Source: an uncultured Acidimicrobiales bacterium
GTDB lineage: Bacteria > Actinomycetota > Acidimicrobiia > Acidimicrobiales > SHLQ01
Direction of reading: 5' to 3'
DNA length: 64,000 nt
Assembly: GCA_938038815.1 (NCBI GenBank)
Contig: CALHTF010000059.1
Span: 15,023 to 79,022, forward strand
Part shown: positions 1 to 8,477 of the stretch, one piece after another
Layout: every line of letters starts with the position of its first letter
Position numbering within the stretch: the stretch's first letter is position 1
Position numbers and translations under genes: made by a program
Notes under the pieces: generated by a model
The model's input: the letters and a program-made list of their open reading frames with translations, nothing else
The model's database searches: none
Told to the model about the DNA's origin: nothing

Positions 1-758
1 ATCGCCGACACCGGCTCGTCGGTCGCTTCGCGAATCTCGGCCGGGGTGAGCACGACCGTTTTCGGCAAGCCGCTCATCAGTTCGCGGCCTCGGACCTCGG
101 CCCGAACTTCGTCGGGTGTCGGAGCCGCCGACCCAATGGTTAGCTTGATCTCTTCGGCGGTGCGTTCGCCGATGGCAATGCCGTATTGGCGGCGGACGTA
201 CCCCTGAATCGCGTGGTCGATGTCGAAGGACCCGACCCGAACCGCTTCCAGCGCTACCACTCCGCCCAAGGAGATGAGTGCTGCTTCGGAGGTACCGCCG
301 CCAATGTCGATCACCATGTTGCCGATCGGCTCGTTGATCGGCAGGTTCGCGCCGATCGCGGCCGCCATTGGCTGTTCGATCAGCTGAGCATCGGCCGCGC
401 CAGCGCGACGAGCAGCTTCGGTCACGGCCCGTCGTTCGACGGCGGTGATAGCCGACGGAACACAGATGATGACTCGAGGTTTGTTGAACCGGCTCACGCC
501 AACTCGTTCGAGCAGCAGGCGGATCATGCGTTGGGTGACTTCGAAGTCGGTGATGGCGCCGTGGCGCAGCGGACGAACCGCCACGATGTAGGAAGGCGTA
601 CGACCGATCATCTGCCAGGCCTCTTTACCCATCGCCAAGACCTCTTTGGTCTGGCTGTTGAGCGCGATCACCGACGGCTCGTTCAAAACGATGCCTTCAC
701 CGCGGGCGTACACCAACGTGTTGGCTGTCCCGAGGTCGATCGCTAAGTCCCGTGCCAT
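1..758 (-). CDS. mreB: Rod shape-determining protein MreB (3' end outside window)
   Basis: Manual translation from ATG at 758: MARDLAIDLGTANTLVYARGEGIVLNEPSV...VRPLRHGAITDF...EQPMAAAIGA...IDIGGGTSE. Absent from the ORF track because it runs off the edge. Confidence 0.96.
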   Translation of the reverse strand, partial: MARDLAIDLGTANTLVYARGEGIVLNEPSVIALNSQTKEVLAMGKEAWQMIGRTPSYIVAVRPLRHGAITDFEVTQRMIRLLLERVGVSRFNKPRVIICVPSAITAVERRAVTEAARRAGAADAQLIEQPMAAAIGANLPINEPIGNMVIDIGGGTSEAALISLGGVVALEAVRVGSFDIDHAIQGYVRRQYGIAIGERTAEEIKLTIGSAAPTPDEVRAEVRGRELMSGLPKTVVLTPAEIREATDEPVSA

Positions 759-761
759 GGT

Positions 762-947
762 TTACAGCCCGAAGTAGTCGGCGTCGCTTTGGCGATCGCC
801 CTGCTCGGGGGCCAACGCTTGGCGGTTCCGACTGAATTCGTTGATGCTGTGATTCTCGCCGCGGGGCCACGACGTCCAGGCCCACATGATGAGCGAACCA
901 AGGACACTAAGGCCGACGGCGATCAGCAGAAATACTGCGGCGCTCAC
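762..947 (-). CDS. Small single-TM membrane protein (61 aa)
   Basis: GTG at 947 overlaps the moaE stop. MSAAVFLLIAVGLSVLGSLIMWAW is a hydrophobic helix. Stop lies 3 nt before the mreB ATG. Confidence 0.7.
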   Translation of the reverse strand: MSAAVFLLIAVGLSVLGSLIMWAWTSWPRGENHSINEFSRNRQALAPEQGDRQSDADYFGL

Positions 948-1465
948 TAGCCACCCACCGCTTCGTCGGCCGCCGCCGGAAGTTCGGAGATTTCCTGGAT
1001 GTGTTGCGGTTCGAGGCCCCAGCTTTCGCCGTCGCGCCACTTCTCGCGTTTCCAGATAGGTACGGTGGCTTTCAAGGTATCGATCGCAAACTTTCCGGCC
1101 TCGAAGGAGGCGCCTCGATGGGGGGAAGAAACAACAACGATCACCGCCGACTCGCCGACCGGCACAGGGCCAACCCGGTGAATCAACCCAACCCGACGGA
1201 TATCGGGCCAACGGATGCGCATGTCGTCCACGAGCGCTGCGAGTCGCGGCACAACCTGTTCGTCGTACGCCTCGTACTCGAGCAGCGAGACATCTTCACG
1301 GCCGACCGAGTGGTCTCGGGCGGTGCCGCTAAACAGAACCACCGCGCCACAGTCTGGTTGGATAGCCCACTGATAGGCCTCGGCAACCGGAAGGGCGGCA
1401 GAGCTAAGCCCAAGCCACGTGTCGCCTTCAGCTGGCGGCGGCTGAGGGTCTGAAGAATCGCTCAT
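947..1465 (-). CDS. moaE: Molybdopterin synthase catalytic subunit MoaE
   Basis: GAVVLFSGTARD, LEYEAY, HRVG, SSPHRGASF, LKATVPIWKRE motifs. Confidence 0.93.
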   Translation of the reverse strand: MSDSSDPQPPPAEGDTWLGLSSAALPVAEAYQWAIQPDCGAVVLFSGTARDHSVGREDVSLLEYEAYDEQVVPRLAALVDDMRIRWPDIRRVGLIHRVGPVPVGESAVIVVVSSPHRGASFEAGKFAIDTLKATVPIWKREKWRDGESWGLEPQHIQEISELPAAADEAVGG

Positions 1466-1628
1466 GTCCTTTGAATACTACGCCCCCACGAGCCCCAAGT
1501 TCGAAGCGACCTCGGCGCCGCTCTGCCCGATCTGTTCAAATGACCGGTCGGAACCACCGGAGAATCTGCCGAGCAGCATGTAAATTCAGCCTCCCGCGGA
1601 TTACCACAGCCGAGGAGTCGATACTCTC

Positions 1629-2804
1629 ATGCTCGTGGCACTGGAGGATGGACACAGCGAGAGCGACCCGACCCCTCGCGACCCGTCGTTTGGGCTCGAT
1701 GGTGAAGGCGAACGCGTCTGGCGCCACCCCTCTGAGCTAGGCGCCATGATGGCCGCCGCCAACGGCATTGCTCCCCCACCACCTCGCCCGAGCCGCCGCA
1801 AACTTCGCGTGGCCACCCTTGGTGTAACCTTCGGGCTCATTGGCCTGACCATCATCTCGCTGTCGCAACCGGGCCCCAACAACGGCACAACCCAAACCGC
1901 CGCTGCCCCGGCGGTGCAAAAGGCCGGACTCCCGATCCCGGTCGAGGCCGTTGTTACCGCTCCCGACTCGGCGACCCCGACAGGCGAAGTTCGCATCGAA
2001 CGCTGGGCCAACGCAGAGTTCGCCGCCGGCGCCGGCGTGCTCATCTTCGACGACGGCTACATCGCCACCTCGCGCGACTTCATCGCGGGTGCGTCCGAGA
2101 TTTCCGTCGTGTTGCCCACCGGCGAACGGTACGACGGTCGACTCGTCGGTGCCGACTACATCATCGACATCGCTGTAGTGAAGATCGACGCCACGATGCC
2201 TTCGGCTCCGATCGCCGACGATGTCCCCGACCGCGGCGAGACGGTCATGGTCGCTGCCCCGTGGTCGCACGAGCCAAAGAAGAACCAACTCATCAACGTC
2301 GACAAGGTGATGGCCGATCGCTACGGCATCTACCGCCAAGAACTCCTCGAGTTTGAACATGCTGCGGGCACCGCTGCTGAGGGTGCACCGATCCTCAACA
2401 ACGACGACGAGGTCGTGGGCCTGATCGTGCCGGTCGATAACTCGACGGCCTTCCACTACGCCCTCGATATTCGCGCCGTTCGCACCGCCGCCTACCAGAT
2501 CATCGAGACCGGCTTTGTCAACCACGTTGCGTGGCTCGGCATCAAAGGGGTCGACACCGACGGCAACGGGGTCGAGGTGCGCGACGTCGCCACCGGCTCC
2601 CCCGCCGATCAAATCGGTCTCCAAACGGGCGACATCATTTCATCGGTCGCCCGGCGCAAGGTTTCCTCGATGGACGACCTCCACCGTGCGCTGCGGTCGG
2701 TCGACCCCGGTGAGGAGGCCACCATCGTCTACAAACGCGACGGCAACATCAGCGATGCGGTGGCCGAGCTCGGTATCCGAGCCAACGTCACCAACCGCGA
2801 CTGA
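1629..2804 (+). CDS. HtrA/S1C-like membrane protein with C-terminal PDZ domain, catalytic His and Ser absent
   Basis: TM helix, DIAVVKID, GAPILN..EVVG, PDZ motifs AWLGIKG and GSPADQIGLQTGDII. True start may be GTG 1635. Confidence 0.8.
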   Translation: MLVALEDGHSESDPTPRDPSFGLDGEGERVWRHPSELGAMMAAANGIAPPPPRPSRRKLRVATLGVTFGLIGLTIISLSQPGPNNGTTQTAAAPAVQKAGLPIPVEAVVTAPDSATPTGEVRIERWANAEFAAGAGVLIFDDGYIATSRDFIAGASEISVVLPTGERYDGRLVGADYIIDIAVVKIDATMPSAPIADDVPDRGETVMVAAPWSHEPKKNQLINVDKVMADRYGIYRQELLEFEHAAGTAAEGAPILNNDDEVVGLIVPVDNSTAFHYALDIRAVRTAAYQIIETGFVNHVAWLGIKGVDTDGNGVEVRDVATGSPADQIGLQTGDIISSVARRKVSSMDDLHRALRSVDPGEEATIVYKRDGNISDAVAELGIRANVTNRD

Positions 2805-2812
2805 GTACTGCC

Positions 2813-3907
2813 CTAGCGGCCCGCTCTGCGCAGCAGCGCGGCGATCGCCGCAATGATTGCGAGCGCTAGGGCGGCCGTTGCCCCGAGCGACAACATCTGA
2901 CGCTTCTGGGCGTTGAGATTGCCGAGCGGTCCGGCATCGTGGCCGGAAACGTAGGCTTCTTCATTTGAGTTGTTTGGTTCCCAACCCAGTGCCTTCATGC
3001 GGTCGTTGGAAACGACCCATGAGTGGGTGGTGTACGCCTGGATGCCGGGAGGTGTTCGGGTGAATCCGAGCCGGAATCGAGCGTCGGCCAGCAACTTCAC
3101 CGCCGGGTCGGGCAGATGGAGCCGGGGCTTGGGGCCGGCGAGGGCGACAAGACCTTCGGCCGGAATCCACGAGTCGGGCGCCACGTTGAGCGGGCCGGTC
3201 GCGTCACCGGCGACCGCTAGGGCGACCGCCGAAGCAAGATCATCGACGTGCAGATACTGGGCCGGAGCGTCGCCCTCTTCGGAGCGGATGGTCGACGCCG
3301 ATGCCAGCAGGTCGCTGAGGCCACCTCGACGTTCTTCGCTCACCACCACGGCTGGGCGCATGATCGTGAGCTCGCGGGTTTCGTCCTCGGCGGCCCAGTT
3401 GGTGGCAACCTGTTCGACCGAGGCCATGTGAACGGCAAAGGCGAACTCAGGGTTCGGCCGAACCGAGGCTTCTTCGGTGAGCGGCATGTTGTTGTCGGGC
3501 CAGGCGCCATAAACCATGGCGCTCGACAGCACCACGAAGCGCTTCACGCCCGAAACCGAAGCGGCATCGAGAACCCGGCCAAGGACGGCCAGATCGAGTC
3601 GGCCATCGTGGGCGGTTACGGCGTCGGCCCGCACATTAAACGAGCAGTGCACCAACACATCGGCGTCGGCGAACATCGCGGTGAGATCCGCCGTGGCGAG
3701 ATCGGCGAGATGAAACGAGCTCAGCGCGCTGGTACCACCGAAACGGTCGATCCCAACCACGTTGGCGTTGGGCATGGTCTCGGCAATGCGGGCCGCGACA
3801 CGAGAACCAACGATTCCACTGGCGCCGGTGACCACAACTTTGCGCGTGATCATGAGATCCTCGTTGGATACGCCCGGTTGGGCCGCTGCGGGTGCTGAAC
3901 TAGTCAT
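2813..3907 (-). CDS. Atypical extended SDR / NAD-dependent epimerase-dehydratase family protein with C-terminal TM anchor
   Basis: VVVTGASGIVG Rossmann motif, LSSAMVYG, QYLHVDDLA. Confidence 0.85.
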   Translation of the reverse strand: MTSSAPAAAQPGVSNEDLMITRKVVVTGASGIVGSRVAARIAETMPNANVVGIDRFGGTSALSSFHLADLATADLTAMFADADVLVHCSFNVRADAVTAHDGRLDLAVLGRVLDAASVSGVKRFVVLSSAMVYGAWPDNNMPLTEEASVRPNPEFAFAVHMASVEQVATNWAAEDETRELTIMRPAVVVSEERRGGLSDLLASASTIRSEEGDAPAQYLHVDDLASAVALAVAGDATGPLNVAPDSWIPAEGLVALAGPKPRLHLPDPAVKLLADARFRLGFTRTPPGIQAYTTHSWVVSNDRMKALGWEPNNSNEEAYVSGHDAGPLGNLNAQKRQMLSLGATAALALAIIAAIAALLRRAGR

Positions 3908-3966
3908 TCTCTCCTACCATGCCAAGCAACCTGATCGTAGTTCTAACCCAGCCGCCGAAAGCTCTC

Positions 3967-5238
3967 ATGCCCGACGATCTCTCAAATTTCGAAAACAACG
4001 ACGAAGACGGGCCCGGACAGGACCCGTTTAGCCAAATTCCGCTCTTTGGCGACCTGTTCAAAATGATGCAAGGCCAAGCCGGCGGAGGCTCTGACTGGAG
4101 TGGCGCGCGCCAGTTTGCGGTTTCGATCGCCTCCGGAGGCACCAGCGAGGCCAACATCGACCCGCTCGACCGGATGGCTTACGAAAGCCTGCTGCGCATC
4201 GCCGAGATGCAGATCGCCAACGCCACCGGCCTGGCGGTATCGAGCGGCGGCAAGCCAATCGAAGTCGAGGTCGTCAACCGGACCACCTGGGCAACCTCGA
4301 CCATCGATACCTACAAACCAATCTTCGAACGGCTCACCACGTCGCTGTCGGCCGAAATGACGGCACCCGACCCCGCTGACCCGACCGCTGCTTTCCTCGG
4401 CCCACTGATGGCGATGATGGGTCCAATGATGCTCAACATGACCGCCGGATCGATGGTCGGTCACCTGGCGATGCGGGCGCTCGGCACCTACGACCTTCCC
4501 ATCCCTCGAGACAACGGCGACAAGATCTTTATCGTTGGCACCAACGTCGACGGATTCCGCGACGACTGGAGCATCGAACCCGACGACATGCGGATGTGGG
4601 TCTGCCTCAACGAGGTCGCCCACCATGCTGTGTTCCGTCTGCCGCACGTTCGCGATCGGCTGCTCGAACTGTTGGGCGATCATGCGTCGGGCTTTCACCC
4701 CGACCCCAACGCGCTCGAATCCAAGCTGGGCAACATCGATCTCAGCAGCGGCGACCTCGGCGCTATCCAGGAAGCCTTTGGCGACCCTGAGGTGGTTATG
4801 GGCGCCGTGCAATCCGATATTCAGCGGGCGCTGCTGCCTCAGATCGCCGCACTGGTCGCCGCGATCGAGGGTTATGTCGACCACATCATGGACAAGGTCG
4901 GCAGCGGCCTCATTGGCTCGTACGCCATGCTGTCCGAAGCGTTGCGGCGCCGCCGGGTCGAGGCCGACCAGTCCGACCGGTTTGTCGGGCAACTCCTCGG
5001 ACTCGAACTCACCCAAGAGCAGTACGACCGTGGCTCAGCGTTCATCGCCGGGGTTATCGAACGGGGCGGCGAAGAAGCACTCGAACACCTCTGGTCGAAC
5101 GCCGACAATCTGCCCTCGCCAAACGACATCGACGCCCCCGGGCTCTGGCTGGCCCGAGTAACCGGCGGTGGCGAACTCAGCGACGGCGACCTCGGCGGCA
5201 TCGAAATCCCCGACGACCTCAGCGGCCTAGACGGCTAA
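3967..5238 (+). CDS. DUF2342-type putative zinc-dependent hydrolase (actinobacterial)
   Basis: GHLAMRALGTYDLPIP, WVCLNEVAHHAVF, AAIEGYVDH, LLGLEL, LPSPNDIDAPGLWLAR. ATG 3967 preferred over 3919. Confidence 0.85.
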   Translation: MPDDLSNFENNDEDGPGQDPFSQIPLFGDLFKMMQGQAGGGSDWSGARQFAVSIASGGTSEANIDPLDRMAYESLLRIAEMQIANATGLAVSSGGKPIEVEVVNRTTWATSTIDTYKPIFERLTTSLSAEMTAPDPADPTAAFLGPLMAMMGPMMLNMTAGSMVGHLAMRALGTYDLPIPRDNGDKIFIVGTNVDGFRDDWSIEPDDMRMWVCLNEVAHHAVFRLPHVRDRLLELLGDHASGFHPDPNALESKLGNIDLSSGDLGAIQEAFGDPEVVMGAVQSDIQRALLPQIAALVAAIEGYVDHIMDKVGSGLIGSYAMLSEALRRRRVEADQSDRFVGQLLGLELTQEQYDRGSAFIAGVIERGGEEALEHLWSNADNLPSPNDIDAPGLWLARVTGGGELSDGDLGGIEIPDDLSGLDG

Positions 5239-5239
5239 C

Positions 5240-5351
5240 AAAACCCCTGACTTTGAAACCCTGACTCTGAAACCCTGACTCAGAGTCGCGGGACAACGTC
5301 CCCTGACTCTGAGTCACGGGACACTGTCCTCTGACTCTGAGTCAGGGTTTT
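5240..5351. repeat. Nested-palindrome array (REP/BIME-like), 28-bp period
   Basis: TGACTC-W-GAGTC cores at 5276, 5304 and 5332, separated by GGGAC-N3-GTCC linkers. Ends AAACCCTGACTC ... GAGTCAGGGTTT are inverted. Two extra half-units at 5241-5269. Lies between convergent genes. Confidence 0.9.
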
Positions 5352-5353
5352 CT

Positions 5354-7006
5354 TTATGTGTCGGGTCCGGTGGTCCAGCCGTAGGAGTCGGGGTCGATCT
5401 CTACGCCTTCGCTGCTGCTGACGATCGGCTGCGCGGCTTGGTCGTCCCAGCTCTTGGGTTCTTCTGGTGGCGCCTCAACAACCGGTGCGGCGACCTCAAA
5501 CTCTTGGGTTGGCTCGAACTGCGGGACGGTGCGGCTCAACGGCGGAGCGGTCGAAGCCCCATAACGGGCCATGACCTCGTCGGTACCCGCCGGCGCACGC
5601 GGCGGGCTGGGTCGTAGATCGTCGTCGGTGAGCTCGATCCGGTCGTCGGCTTTGCGGGTCGGCAAGGCCACGCCACGCGAACCAGCGAAGTACCAAATTC
5701 CCGCTCCACCAACGATGGCGGCCACGATGAGGTAGCCGATGCTGGCCCGCCCCGACAGGGGTGCAACTGCCGGGATGAAGGCGCCGATCGCCCAGCTGAG
5801 CTGGAAACGAGCCTCAAAGCGGGCGAACGATCGACCCCAGTTAGCGGCCGGAGCGTCACGCTGCACGATGGCGTCGAACACCAGCTTGCCAGTTGCGGCG
5901 GCGATACCGATCGCCGCCGCCATAAGCACGGCGCCGAACAGGTCGCCCGCCCACGCAGCGACCAGAGCCGCCGAAAGGGCGATGGTTATGACGCCGAGCA
6001 GAATGTTCTCTTCGGGGTACTGCTGGCGTAAACGAGGGGCAAAACGGGCACCACCGAGTGCGGCTATTGCCGCCGACGCGGCAACGAGACCAAAGTGCCA
6101 CGCTGGCGCACCAGGCACCCCGGTGATCTTCACCACATCGAGATCGTTGCCGAGCGCCGTTGCCGCACCCGATGCGGCACCGAAACCATCGATGGCGATT
6201 CCGTCGATCCCGCCCCGAAGCTCAAAGGCAAGCAGGAAGGTTACGAAACCAACCGCGGCTCGCAGCGCCGCCATCGCCGTAGCCGCCAGGGTGATCCCCC
6301 GGCTCCGGAGCTCGGCCTTTTCTTCCGGCGCAATCGGATCCTCGGCGACAACCACCTTCGGAAGCCGGAACGAGTTCACGACGGCGATAGCGAAGATCAC
6401 CGCAGCCACCGCCGCCGACCACGCCGGGCCACCGATCAACGAGAAGATGCCGCCGATGGCGACCCCGACGCCGCCCGACAGACCACTGATCAGGGCCAAC
6501 TTTGAGTTGGCCTCGACCAACTCGTCGTGGCCGTCGACCAACCGCGGAACCACCGCGCTCTTGGCGATGCCGTAGGCCTTTTGGAAGATGAGTACGCCGA
6601 ACGCTTCGGGGAACAGCCACAACGTGTCGACGTGGCTGAACATCAGCACCGCAAGGATCGACCGGCCGGCGAGCGCGCCGATGATCATGGCCCGACGACC
6701 GCCACGCACCCGGTCGAGCATGGGACCGATGAGGGGCGTGACCACGGCAAACGGGGCGACGGTGCAAACGAGGTAGAGGGCGACCCGCCACCGGGCGTCG
6801 GTAGGGTCGATCGAGAAGAAGATCGAGCCGGCGAGCGCCAACGCGAGAGCACCATCGCCTGCGGCGTTCAGGCCATGGACTCGAGCGAGGCGACCAAACT
6901 TCGATCGACGCAAGGCTTCGGGCAACCGTGGACGACCAGATCCGGACGGGCGCGCGGCCGACCGTGACGGCTTGCTCAGCTCTCGCCATCCGTTGTCGTC
7001 GCTCAC
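5354..7006 (-). CDS. MFS-like transporter with acidic Pro-rich C-terminal tail
   Basis: Many hydrophobic helices; APFAVVTPLIGPMLDRVRGGRR; KSAVVPRLV...LVEANSKL. Confidence 0.85.
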   Translation of the reverse strand: MSDDNGWRELSKPSRSAARPSGSGRPRLPEALRRSKFGRLARVHGLNAAGDGALALALAGSIFFSIDPTDARWRVALYLVCTVAPFAVVTPLIGPMLDRVRGGRRAMIIGALAGRSILAVLMFSHVDTLWLFPEAFGVLIFQKAYGIAKSAVVPRLVDGHDELVEANSKLALISGLSGGVGVAIGGIFSLIGGPAWSAAVAAVIFAIAVVNSFRLPKVVVAEDPIAPEEKAELRSRGITLAATAMAALRAAVGFVTFLLAFELRGGIDGIAIDGFGAASGAATALGNDLDVVKITGVPGAPAWHFGLVAASAAIAALGGARFAPRLRQQYPEENILLGVITIALSAALVAAWAGDLFGAVLMAAAIGIAAATGKLVFDAIVQRDAPAANWGRSFARFEARFQLSWAIGAFIPAVAPLSGRASIGYLIVAAIVGGAGIWYFAGSRGVALPTRKADDRIELTDDDLRPSPPRAPAGTDEVMARYGASTAPPLSRTVPQFEPTQEFEVAAPVVEAPPEEPKSWDDQAAQPIVSSSEGVEIDPDSYGWTTGPDT

Positions 7007-7096
7007 CGTTGGGATTCTACGACGCCAAACGGTGCTGTGTCAGTGCGTTAGCCCAACCGGCGGATAACTCGTCGTCAAAGTTGGCCGGGTGGGTCT

Positions 7097-7999
7097 ATGG
7101 TCTCGCTTCTCGTGCCGTACCAACTCGCTGCTCTCTCCGCCGCTGCATTGTGGGCGATCGGTGGACTAATCGCCGCCGGCCCAGCGCGCCAGTTGGGCGG
7201 GCCGCGGTTCACCCGGATCCGCATGATCTACGTGTCGGTCATCTTGGCCGCAGTCACCACGGTGCTCGGCGACTGGGGATTTAGCGGCGGCGACATTGCA
7301 CTGCTCGGCCTGTCGGGGCTGGTCGGGTTACTCATCGGCGATGCTGCGCTCTTCACCGCGTTCGCCAAAATCGGACCACGGCGCACCTCGATCCTGTTCA
7401 CCACCAACGCGCCGATGGCCGCCGTGCTCGGTGTGATCGTTTTTGGCGAACGGTTCACCATATGGACCGCCTTGGGAGCGGTGCTCACGGTCGTGGGCGT
7501 GGCGATCGCCGTAGCGTACGGAACCGCCAAGGCCGACGACAGCGAATTCGAACGGGTCGACGGCACCCTCAAGTCGGGCATTGCCTGGGCAGCTCTCGGG
7601 GCACTCGGTCAGGCGGTCGGAGCCATCTTGGCCAAGCCGGTCGTCGAGGAAGCCAGCGCCTTCGGTGCAGCGACCTGGCGGGCGATCATCGCAACGATTG
7701 CCTTGTGGCTGTTCGCCTCGCATCTCGACCGGATCGCGGGGGTCGCAAACCCGGCGCCCTGGTCGTGGCGGTACTTTTGGATCCTGTTCATCAGCGCGCT
7801 GTTGGCGATGGTGATCGGCATGACGCTGCTGCTCTACGCCCTCGGTAAGGGTGACGCCGGCGTGGTGACCATTTTGTCGGCGACCACTCCGGTCCTCATG
7901 TTGCCGCTGCTGTGGATCACTACCCGCATACGGCCACCGGCGGGGGCATGGGGCGGCGCGGCGCTCACCGTGGTCGGGGTTGGCTTGCTCGTGCTCTAG
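7097..7999 (+). CDS. DMT/EamA family transporter
   Basis: About 10 TM helices; LSGLVGLLIGDAALFTAFAKIGPRR. Confidence 0.88.
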   Translation: MVSLLVPYQLAALSAAALWAIGGLIAAGPARQLGGPRFTRIRMIYVSVILAAVTTVLGDWGFSGGDIALLGLSGLVGLLIGDAALFTAFAKIGPRRTSILFTTNAPMAAVLGVIVFGERFTIWTALGAVLTVVGVAIAVAYGTAKADDSEFERVDGTLKSGIAWAALGALGQAVGAILAKPVVEEASAFGAATWRAIIATIALWLFASHLDRIAGVANPAPWSWRYFWILFISALLAMVIGMTLLLYALGKGDAGVVTILSATTPVLMLPLLWITTRIRPPAGAWGGAALTVVGVGLLVL

Positions 8000-8427
8000 G
8001 CAGCTTGGGCTTGGTCGGCCTCGAACAGCGCTTCCAACAATCGCCGATCGCGCCGGTGGGTGAGTCGAGCCATGGCCTTGTTGAAGCTCAACCATTCGAT
8101 CGCATCGACCTCATCGTTCTTTTTGAACGAACCGTCGAGCACCGCCATCTCCCAGTACTGCACGATCTTCGGGTTGCCGTTGCGGTCGATGTAGTCGACC
8201 GCCGGGAGTTTGCGACCGAGCGCACACCGAAACCCGGTCTCCTCAGCCACCTCCCGAAGCGCGGCTGCCTTTAACGATTCATCAGGCGAATCGCACTTGC
8301 CTTTGGGAAAGCTCCAGTCGCTGCGATGAGGCCGATGAACCAGCAATATCTGGCGTTTCCCCGACTTCCCCAGGCGCGTGACAACCCCACCACCAGCACG
8401 CACCGGAGCAGTCTTCTTCTTACCCAT
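7996..8427 (-). CDS. NUDIX hydrolase (MutT1 N-terminal-domain-like)
   Basis: LLVHRP..DWSFPKGK; Nudix box AALREVAEETG; NDEVD. Downstream of ppk1. Confidence 0.9.
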   Translation of the reverse strand: MGKKKTAPVRAGGGVVTRLGKSGKRQILLVHRPHRSDWSFPKGKCDSPDESLKAAALREVAEETGFRCALGRKLPAVDYIDRNGNPKIVQYWEMAVLDGSFKKNDEVDAIEWLSFNKAMARLTHRRDRRLLEALFEADQAQAA

Positions 8428-8477
8428 AACATGAATAATCGACCTTCGCGGCGGGGCTCTTTAGACCTGGAAGGTCG

